Of a stretch of 64,000 bases of DNA, positions 56,984-64,000 are shown piece after piece; position 1 is the first letter of the stretch; the number at the start of each line of letters is the position of its first letter. Below the pieces are notes generated by a model, which saw only the letters and a program-made list of their open reading frames with translations, ran no database searches and was not told where the DNA came from. Position numbers and translations under genes: made by a program. The stretch is from SAR202 cluster bacterium (lineage in GTDB: Bacteria; Chloroflexota; Dehalococcoidia; Lucifugimonadales; VXLM01), in the NCBI GenBank assembly GCA_022448725.1, contig JAKUTR010000003.1, forward strand, positions 8,353 through 72,352, in the 5' to 3' direction.

Positions 56984-57209
56984 GCTGCAAAAATCACCGT
57001 GCCCAACTATACGTTAATTTAACTAATTTAACTGTTGAATTTGGCACAAAACTAATTGCCATTTACCCAATTAAAGTATAGCTCTGCCTAGATCAACCAG
57101 CAGCAAAACGATAGCAAGTAACGTTTTACAAATTAACGATACCGTCTACTCGCCGCCTTTCAACCCAAGGCAAGTAGTAAGCTTACGTAGCAATCTCGCT
57201 TATATAAGC

Positions 57210-57353
57210 CTAAAACTCTTCGTCTCGCTTACGTTTCTTACGCAAAACCTCGACCTCTGTCGATACCATAACAGGAGCGGACAGAGGGGAATCTTTCTTC
57301 GCTGATTTCTTTGGTTTACGTGTTTCCCGTTTTTGTCGGTTTTTTGCCATCAT
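57210..57353 (-). CDS. Unlisted 47-aa highly basic mini-protein (hypothetical)
   Basis: Read from the sequence: GGGAGG SD 4 nt before ATGATG; MMAKNRQKRETRKPKKSAKKDSPLSAPVMVSTEVEVLRKKRKRDEEF; TAG stop. It falls below the ORF-track length cutoff. Confidence 0.35.
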   Translation of the reverse strand: MMAKNRQKRETRKPKKSAKKDSPLSAPVMVSTEVEVLRKKRKRDEEF

Positions 57354-57449
57354 TTGCCTCCCGCTGTCTGATTGGAGTTTATCGAACGCTTAATGACCCT
57401 GTAAAGGAGTAGGGAAAACGTAAACTCCCTGAGTTCCCTTCCCAACGGA

Positions 57450-58640
57450 TCAGAACGGATTGAGCATAGGTAATTTTGAAGGACTGTAGCCTATGTTTAG
57501 GTGGGGGGTCTCAATAACTATATGACCTCGGAATCGAGACTCCATAAGTGCATCGTGCGCTCCCGTTGTCAAAAGGGTTCTCTCGACGGGGTAACGTTCC
57601 ATACCAGTGAGAAACATCTCTTGGATATTAAGGCCAAGAATGGTGAAGTGATCGTCGAGATGTTTACTACCATGTCCGTAAACAGTGCTTAATACTTCCC
57701 TAGCAACACTAGCTGCGTATCCAAACTGCCGAACGTGTCCATCTAATAGTAGAACACTGGCACGAAAACCATCTACGTACTCAATAAGAAAAATGGCAGG
57801 GTTTATACAGTTATCCTGCATATGTCCATCATCCTTGTCTATCATCTGGCCTGCTACCAACTCAGCTAGGTCTCGAGGCCACACACCCTCCTCACCAGCT
57901 TCCCAAACAGCATCCCCTTCAAGACACTGAACTGACCTAATTCCTGTTTCTCCTCCTGATCGTCTTTCAACCATCGCTTGCAAGGCCTCGAGCCCGTGGA
58001 ACCCATAGGAGTCCAATCCATTGGGGTAAGAATTGAAGTGACCGAGCACGAAAGCTTGGTCAATACGTTCACCGATAGGATGCTCTAGGAAAGGGATTCT
58101 GGTCGTAAGTGGTAGCGAGGAGCCAGCCATAAGGGGCATATTGAGTTCATTAGCACGCTTATACATCCAATGCGCATCAGGCCAATTATACGAAAGGTGT
58201 TTATCGTTGAAGACTGGAATTGGACGATTACTAACACCTATTACCCCTGTTATCTGTTCGAAGAATGAGCGCCTCGGATAGATCTGACGTCCTTGTTCGT
58301 TGCTGGCATAGTCACCATGCTCAGCAATTAGAAGAACTCCATCAACGGCTAATTCACCAACTGTCCAGTCGGAGGCAGTGGGCCAGTGCCCCTTAGTAAG
58401 CTTAGTTCTAGTTAGAGCAGAGTGAATACTTGGGAAAATCTCGACTCCGTACTGTTGGGCTATCTCCAAACCGACATCCTTAGGATGTACTTGATCAATG
58501 TACATCGATACCACGTCAACTTTTGGTTCAATCAAACCATTAGGAGTGTCAAACCCTCTCAAAAATTTGGACACAATGAGATCTGCATGGGATCTTGAAA
58601 AGTAGGTTGTCACAATCGCTGCAATCTTCTTACGATCCAC
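57450..58640 (-). CDS. Conserved-looking hypothetical protein (about 396 aa), fold unknown
   Basis: Long ORF. GTG 58640 follows SD GAGGAG at 8 nt and gives the N-terminus (M)DRKKIAAIVTTYF. The track start at 58679 lacks an SD. There is no cofactor motif I can name. Confidence 0.55.
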   Translation of the reverse strand: MDRKKIAAIVTTYFSRSHADLIVSKFLRGFDTPNGLIEPKVDVVSMYIDQVHPKDVGLEIAQQYGVEIFPSIHSALTRTKLTKGHWPTASDWTVGELAVDGVLLIAEHGDYASNEQGRQIYPRRSFFEQITGVIGVSNRPIPVFNDKHLSYNWPDAHWMYKRANELNMPLMAGSSLPLTTRIPFLEHPIGERIDQAFVLGHFNSYPNGLDSYGFHGLEALQAMVERRSGGETGIRSVQCLEGDAVWEAGEEGVWPRDLAELVAGQMIDKDDGHMQDNCINPAIFLIEYVDGFRASVLLLDGHVRQFGYAASVAREVLSTVYGHGSKHLDDHFTILGLNIQEMFLTGMERYPVERTLLTTGAHDALMESRFRGHIVIETPHLNIGYSPSKLPMLNPF

Positions 58641-58778
58641 GATTATTGCTCCTCTGGGACATTCCCCGCACAACATCATAGTTGGTAGTGTTCACTTGGG
58701 CTAACACAAGCCATTCGTTGTATGAGTTATGGCCACCGGCTATAATCCCAGCATTCTCGAATAATCAGGAGACTCAGG

Positions 58779-59711
58779 ATGCCCCAGGAGCTAGCATTCT
58801 TCCGCGGCGGCTTCGTGCCTATCGAAGAAGCAAACGTCAACATCAAAACACACGCACTACACTACGGAACTGCCGTATTCGAAGGTATGCGTGGTAACTG
58901 GAACGAGGACAAAGAGCAAATCTTTGTATTCAGGGCACGTGAACACTACAACCGGCTAATCCAGGGCTGCAAGATTATGCTGATGGACATTCCATACTCA
59001 GTCGATGATTTACTAGATATTACATGGGAACTTATACGGAGATCTGGTTATCGACAGGATCTTTATATTCGGCCGATTGTGTACAAAAGTGAAGAACTGG
59101 TCGCCAATCTACGTCTACAGGACCTTGACGCTGACTTCGCCTTGATCACCGTCCCATTTGGGAACTACATCGAAGTGGAGGGTGCTATCCGTTGTAAGAC
59201 CTCTTCATGGCGTCGCATAGACGATAACATGATTCCACCCCGCGTTAAGATCGCTGGTCATTACGTTAATAGCATCCTTGCAAAAACTGAAGCCACGCTG
59301 GCCGGTTACGACGAAGCAATCTTCATGAACCACGACGGAAGTATCTCAGAGGGTTCAGGAGAGAACCTCTTTATGATCACTAACGGGGTCCTCACTACTC
59401 CACCAGTTTCCGACAATAACTTAACTGGTATCACCAGGGATTCTGCCTGGACACTAGCGACACAAGAGTTGGGTCTAGACGTGGTAGAACGACCCATCAG
59501 ACGAACGGAATTGTACCTCGCAGACGAGGTGTTCTTAACAGGAACGGCAGCACATATTACTCCAGTCGGTCAGCTTGACGAACGACCAATCGGAGACGGC
59601 GAAGTCGGTCCCATTACTGGCCAGATCCGAGATATGTATCTAGGTAGTATCCGGGGAGACAATGATAAGTACTCCCACTGGTGTGAAGGTATAGTTCCTA
59701 ACGTTGAGTAA
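58779..59711 (+). CDS. ilvE: Branched-chain amino acid aminotransferase
   Basis: Fold-type IV BCAT blocks (HALHYGTAVFEGMR, PRVKIAGHYVNS with the Lys, EGSGENLF, GITR). SD AGGAGA 6 nt upstream. Confidence 0.9.
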   Translation: MPQELAFFRGGFVPIEEANVNIKTHALHYGTAVFEGMRGNWNEDKEQIFVFRAREHYNRLIQGCKIMLMDIPYSVDDLLDITWELIRRSGYRQDLYIRPIVYKSEELVANLRLQDLDADFALITVPFGNYIEVEGAIRCKTSSWRRIDDNMIPPRVKIAGHYVNSILAKTEATLAGYDEAIFMNHDGSISEGSGENLFMITNGVLTTPPVSDNNLTGITRDSAWTLATQELGLDVVERPIRRTELYLADEVFLTGTAAHITPVGQLDERPIGDGEVGPITGQIRDMYLGSIRGDNDKYSHWCEGIVPNVE

Positions 59712-59718
59712 AAGGCCC

Positions 59719-61035
59719 ATGAGCGAGCTCGAAGGATACGTCAATTCAACTCCGACCTCCCAGCATCTCCAACGTGAAGCGGAGAAGTACCTGCCTGGCG
59801 GCAGTTCTCGGGGTACAGCATATTTTGAACCATACCCCTTCTTCGTTGATTACACCAAGGGCCATCACGTTACTGACGTGGACGGCAACCGATACTTGGA
59901 CTTCATGCTCAACGCTACAACTTACGTACTGGGCCACGCCAATCAAAGCGTAGTTGAAGCTGTCAAACATCAAGCGGACCGCGGTCTCAGCTATAGCCGC
60001 CCTGCCCCATCACAAATAAAGCTCGCGGAGATGCTGTGTAACAGGGTCCCTTCTGTCGAAAAGATTAGATTCACAAACTCTGGTACCGAGGGGACATTAA
60101 ACGCAATCCGTGCGGCTCGTGCATTCACTGGCAAACACAAAATCGCCAAGATCGAGGGAGGGTACCACGGCAACCACGAATATGTGTCTGTTAGCGTCTA
60201 CACTCCACTCGGTAACCTTGAAACCAACAAAACGACTTCGGTTCCTGAGTGGCCCGGTCAACCACCGAGCGTTGTTGAAGACGTTCTTTCCCTCCCTTAC
60301 AACGACCTTGAAACTACGGAGCGCATTCTTAGTCAGAACGCTGATGAACTAGCCTGCCTGATCATAGAACCCGTGCTATCCAATTTTGGCTACCTGCCAG
60401 CTAACCACAATTACCTGCAGGGCATTCGCAAACTCACAACCAAACTTGGCATCCTGTTGATTTTCGACGAGGTCCAAAGCTTTAGACTCGCATCAGGCGG
60501 TGCACAGGAAATATACAACGTCACACCCGACCTGACCGCATTCGGTAAGGTCATAGGTGGTGGGATGCCAGTAGGTGCTTGGGGTGGACGGAACGATATC
60601 ATGAATTTTTTCGACCCTACCACTAATCCAATCATTACTCACAGTGGCACCTTTAATGCTAATCCAATGACAATGACCGCTGGTATCGCCACCCTTGAAC
60701 AACTTACCCCCTCTACCTTAAAGGCGATGAACTCCCTGGGGGACACGCTGCGTGGGAAACTACGATCAGTCTTTGATGAACTCAACGTCACCGCTCAAGT
60801 TACGGGCATCGGCTCGTTATTTGGGATCCACTTCACTAATGAAAATATCGTAGACTATCGATCGGTCCTCAGAGGCGATAGCAATAAACGGGCTAACCTT
60901 TTCAAAGCGCTTTTGGAAGAGGGTATCCTAATGCAAACGAAGACCGCGGGCGCCCTTTGTACACTCACAACGCCACGTGAAGTCGATGGTTTGGTAGATG
61001 CCATACGAAGAATATTTGCGCGCGGAGACCAGTAA
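59719..61035 (+). CDS. Class III PLP aminotransferase, glutamate-1-semialdehyde aminomutase-like
   Basis: YLPGGSSRG, FTNSGTEGT, LIFDEVQSFRL, and TAFGKVIGGGMPVGA (PLP Lys in a HemL-like context). The track TTG start at 59704 overlaps the ilvE end. Confidence 0.85.
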   Translation: MSELEGYVNSTPTSQHLQREAEKYLPGGSSRGTAYFEPYPFFVDYTKGHHVTDVDGNRYLDFMLNATTYVLGHANQSVVEAVKHQADRGLSYSRPAPSQIKLAEMLCNRVPSVEKIRFTNSGTEGTLNAIRAARAFTGKHKIAKIEGGYHGNHEYVSVSVYTPLGNLETNKTTSVPEWPGQPPSVVEDVLSLPYNDLETTERILSQNADELACLIIEPVLSNFGYLPANHNYLQGIRKLTTKLGILLIFDEVQSFRLASGGAQEIYNVTPDLTAFGKVIGGGMPVGAWGGRNDIMNFFDPTTNPIITHSGTFNANPMTMTAGIATLEQLTPSTLKAMNSLGDTLRGKLRSVFDELNVTAQVTGIGSLFGIHFTNENIVDYRSVLRGDSNKRANLFKALLEEGILMQTKTAGALCTLTTPREVDGLVDAIRRIFARGDQ

Positions 61036-61180
61036 CAAGACACTGAGACACTGACCAAGTCAGGAACATCAATTACACTTAAGAACCAAGAGAAGACTTG
61101 TTAGACCGTCCGGGCCTGACATACTGTCCAAAGCATCAGCTGATTTAGATAACATGTTAGCTAGAACATTCCAAGGAAGA

Positions 61181-61549
61181 ATGATGACCCTACTGGGTAT
61201 GGCACTAATCGTAGCTCTTTTATTAGTTGCAGGGCAGACTTGCCTAAAACTAGGCCTTGATAAAACAGGAGGCATCAGTGGCGAATCACTGATGGTGTTT
61301 CAAACATGGTTCACTGTATTAACTAATCCGATGGTTATACTTGGCTTTGTCCTATATGGTTTGGCATCACTCCTTTGGCTAAGGGTGTTAACCGCACAGG
61401 AATTAAGTCTCGTATATCCGCTTATCAGCCTTAGCTATGCAATCTCATTGATTGTGGGTAAATGGCTCTTCGACGACGACATCAATATCACACGTTTGGC
61501 AGGTGTGTCTCTTATCGTCCTCGGCGCGATTGTAGTGTCAAGAAGCTGA
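61181..61549 (+). CDS. Small 4-TM EamA/SMR-like membrane protein (ArnE/ArnF-like)
   Basis: About 122 aa with four hydrophobic helices. The ATG pair at 61181/61184 follows AAGGAAG. Confidence 0.55.
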   Translation: MMTLLGMALIVALLLVAGQTCLKLGLDKTGGISGESLMVFQTWFTVLTNPMVILGFVLYGLASLLWLRVLTAQELSLVYPLISLSYAISLIVGKWLFDDDINITRLAGVSLIVLGAIVVSRS

Positions 61550-62813
61550 ATAGGGGTTGTAGGCCTTCAAACTTAAGTTTCTTAGCTCCCCAGTCTAGCA
61601 GTGCTAGAAACCCTACTACTGCGCTCAGGAAAATCAAAGGCTCGGCGGGAAACCTAAACCTCGGTGTACCCCAAGAGGCTAGCGCAATGCCGAGCGTGAA
61701 GAGGATTACAATTAAAACTGGCCAATTCCTGCTCCAACTCCTGAGGAACGGTGAGGAAAAGAAGAAAATAAGGACTACTGTGTAAATCGGAATTGTGATT
61801 AGGTCTTGTCTTGTGATGAACGTGTCCGAAGGATTAGCCCGTGGTGTCCAGTAATTGATTGCACGCATAAAAACAGCCTCAGGTACGTGTATCCAATTCT
61901 GCCTGATACCTTTTATCGCAAGCTCCCTGGCTAGCCGATCCCGTTCTATTTCGTTGATTGCTGGATCGAGAACTGCGAGTTCCAGAGGTTCAGCATCGTG
62001 GTATAGACCTGTCTGGACCCTGGGGTGGCCTAGGTTGCCGTTGGTGATAAGCAAACCCATACCTATGGCACTACTCGTAGGCATAAATACTTCATGTTCA
62101 ACGAAATTCCGCGCCGTCCAGGGTAAGAGCACTAATATCCAGAACACCAAAGCTATGATCCACTGTCGTCCACTCCAACGCCATTCAAGTACTAAGAATC
62201 TTGAAAGTACTATCTCTGAAAGAAGCAAAATGATCGGGAAACCTAGAAATATAGTTCGGTTAAGTGCCATCAGGCCCCAAAGCATCCCCGTCAGAGCAGC
62301 CGCAGAATTTCGTTTGCAGCCCGCTGCCCATACGAACGACCCTGTGCAAAGTACGACCATTAACGCTGCTGTCGATTCAGTCAAGACCCGGTTACTAAAA
62401 AACACTGCCGCAGGACAAAATATCCACAAAATTGATGTGATGATTGCGGCATCCGATCTATGGGTTATTTTCCGTGCTACAAGAAAAAGGGTGGGCGCGG
62501 TGAAAGAACTTATAACCACCATTGTCCATCGAGCCACCTCAACCTTAGCTCCAAAGATTACTAGTGAAGGGAGAAGTTCGATGGTGATAAGCGGAGGGAG
62601 ATACGACTTACGCCCTATTAGATCTTGCCAACCGTTTCCGTCAAGCAAGTTGACAGTTAAATTGTAATAATGAACAGCGTCCCCGGTAAGATCGAAGCTA
62701 GTGCCCGTTATGAAAAAGGTGTTCGTAGCCCCAACAACCAACGAACCCACGAAGAGAATCGATAAGATCCAGACGAGTGGCACACGTTGCACAAGAACTG
62801 TTAGTTGATTCAT
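61512..62813 (-). CDS. GT-C fold membrane glycosyltransferase (ArnT/PMT-like, GT39/GT83 type)
   Basis: 433 aa and polytopic, with large hydrophobic content and a short soluble insertion. The general pattern matches polyprenyl-phosphate-sugar dependent transferases. The family call is moderate. Confidence 0.65.
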   Translation of the reverse strand: MNQLTVLVQRVPLVWILSILFVGSLVVGATNTFFITGTSFDLTGDAVHYYNLTVNLLDGNGWQDLIGRKSYLPPLITIELLPSLVIFGAKVEVARWTMVVISSFTAPTLFLVARKITHRSDAAIITSILWIFCPAAVFFSNRVLTESTAALMVVLCTGSFVWAAGCKRNSAAALTGMLWGLMALNRTIFLGFPIILLLSEIVLSRFLVLEWRWSGRQWIIALVFWILVLLPWTARNFVEHEVFMPTSSAIGMGLLITNGNLGHPRVQTGLYHDAEPLELAVLDPAINEIERDRLARELAIKGIRQNWIHVPEAVFMRAINYWTPRANPSDTFITRQDLITIPIYTVVLIFFFSSPFLRSWSRNWPVLIVILFTLGIALASWGTPRFRFPAEPLIFLSAVVGFLALLDWGAKKLKFEGLQPLFSFLTLQSRRGR

Positions 62814-63155
62814 TCCCTACTAATCCTTAGACACTCATACAGCTAAATTGCGGTGCCTGACAATATTCAAAGCATTTGACCGGTGTCACACACACAATAG
62901 TGCGACGCTCTTAAAATTACAGACCAATCTGTATAAAATAGGAGTCAGTCAATCGCTGACCTCATAGTCTTAATTGGAGTTATCTAGTGAACACTCTGAA
63001 TAGTACACCAACGTCCCCTGGATTAATCCGGATTTGACTTATCCCCTCTCTCATTGTTTGCCTTATCGCAAAGCTCTTAAGACCTCTATCTGAGAAGCAA
63101 CTACATTTATAATGGTTTCGTTCTTTAGCCCAATCTAACTGCAGGAAGGAATGGA

Positions 63156-64000
63156 ATGGAAATCCTACAACACATGCAGGAGTACGGTCACGAGCAGCTT
63201 GTGGTCTGCTCCGAGCCATCCATTGGCTTGAAGGCGTTCATCGCGATACACGATACGACTCTGGGCCCTTCATGCGGTGGATTACGTATCTGGCCACATA
63301 GTACAGAACAAGAAGCTGTCTGGGACGTGCTCAGACTCTCCCGTGCCATGACATACAAATCCGCTGTCGCCGGACTACCACTTGGGGGCGGCAAAGGACT
63401 TATAATCGCGGACTCCCGAAAAGAAAAGACCGAAGCGATGCTCCGAGCATTCGGGCAGTTCATTGATAGCCTCGGGGGGCGCTACATCACAACAGAGGAC
63501 GTTGGAATGTCACCCCGTGACCTTGAATTCATTGCGGAAGAGACAAACTATGTCGTCGGTTTACCAGAGTCGATGGGTGGAAGCGGTGACACCTCCGTGA
63601 TGACTGGACTAGGGGTATATCTTGGAATCAAAGCTGCCGCCAAAGCCACGTGGTCCAGCGACGATTTAACAGATAGAACCATCGCAATCCAAGGATTTGG
63701 TAATGTTGGTTTTAACTTAGCAACTCACCTCATCGAAGAAGGTGCTAAGTTAATTGTCACTGATCTGCACGAAGACGCCCTTAATCGCGCACGTGAAATA
63801 GGTGCAGAAGTGGTGAAATCAGAAGATATCTATGACGCAGAATGCGATATTTTTTCGCCGTGCGCACTTGGATCCGTACTCAACACCAACACTATTCCTC
63901 GGCTCAAATGCAAGGTTGTCGCCGGGGGCGCCAACAACCAACTAGAAAACGAGAGCGATGGTGAACTTTTACATAAACGGGGAATCCTCTATGCTCCAGA
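63156..64000 (+). CDS. Leucine/phenylalanine/valine dehydrogenase (Glu/Leu/Phe/Val dehydrogenase family), 3' end beyond the window
   Basis: Not in the ORF track because there is no stop in the window. Read from the sequence: SD AGGAAGGA, then MEILQHMQEYGHEQLVVCSEPSIGLKAFIAIHDTTLGP...GLPLGGGKG (catalytic Lys)...IQGFGNVG (NAD)...GGANNQL. Confidence 0.9.
   Translation, partial: MEILQHMQEYGHEQLVVCSEPSIGLKAFIAIHDTTLGPSCGGLRIWPHSTEQEAVWDVLRLSRAMTYKSAVAGLPLGGGKGLIIADSRKEKTEAMLRAFGQFIDSLGGRYITTEDVGMSPRDLEFIAEETNYVVGLPESMGGSGDTSVMTGLGVYLGIKAAAKATWSSDDLTDRTIAIQGFGNVGFNLATHLIEEGAKLIVTDLHEDALNRAREIGAEVVKSEDIYDAECDIFSPCALGSVLNTNTIPRLKCKVVAGGANNQLENESDGELLHKRGILYAP

Noticed and set aside
61855-62667. 270-aa ORF on the + strand.
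   Set aside because: It is entirely antisense to the GT-C membrane glycosyltransferase gene. The product is Ser/Arg/Thr-rich and low-complexity with no motif, as is typical of a shadow ORF opposite a hydrophobic-protein gene.
62980-63463. Two minus-strand ORFs (79 and 91 aa) at the right end.
   Set aside because: They overlap the leader and N-terminus of the clearly real + strand Leu/Phe/Val dehydrogenase gene. No SD or family signal supports them.
1-64000. Search for CRISPR arrays, IS elements, integrases, prophage genes, rRNA and intact tRNA.
   Set aside because: No spaced direct-repeat array, no transposase- or integrase-like ORF and no cloverleaf-capable sequence was seen. The only tRNA-like element is the 3' fragment at 31761-31791.

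Overview
Densely coded 64 kb bacterial chromosomal segment of moderate GC, with about 60 protein genes on both strands. I found no rRNA, no intact tRNA, no CRISPR array, and no recognisable transposase, integrase or phage gene. All family calls come from reading motifs by eye; no search was possible.

The left third (about 1-31.7 kb) is dominated by accessory-looking enzymes, several with paralogs inside the window:
- three PhyH-type Fe/2OG oxygenases and two DHDPS-family lyases;
- an enolase-superfamily enzyme, two MBL hydrolases and an SMP-30 lactonase;
- a phosphotriesterase-like lactonase and an orphan corrinoid protein.

These are interspersed with lysA, rpsU and glnS.

The right part is mostly housekeeping:
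- clpS, ftsH, recG, pheST, tyrS and moeA;
- an aromatic amino-acid gene set (tyrA-like, pheA, DAHP synthase, trpA, AroH chorismate mutase);
- several aminotransferases.

Genes are tightly packed. Three convergent pairs share stop-codon nucleotides, and strong GGAGG-type SD sites allow many ORF-track N-termini to be trimmed. The gene content (PhyH, enolase and DHDPS expansions, PAC2, AroH) is compatible with a marine Chloroflexota-like organism, but that is a weak inference.

Most notable observations:
1. One PhyH paralog has HxG where its paralogs have the HxD iron ligand, which is the halogenase-like signature.
2. An orphan tmRNA/tRNA-Ala-like 3' end (T-arm + CAGCTCC-ACCA) sits in an intergenic spacer.
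3. The aromatic operon carries an embedded CPBP protease, an orphan trpA and tyrS, and a perfect 13-bp hairpin abuts the DAHP synthase SD.
4. The TyrA has a roughly 200-aa C-terminal extension.
5. A secreted HExxH peptidase carries a sortase/exosortase-style C-terminal signal.
6. Unlisted small ORFs are present, and a Leu/Phe/Val dehydrogenase gene at the right edge is absent from the ORF track.

I did not find a clear-cut novel defence or mobile system.
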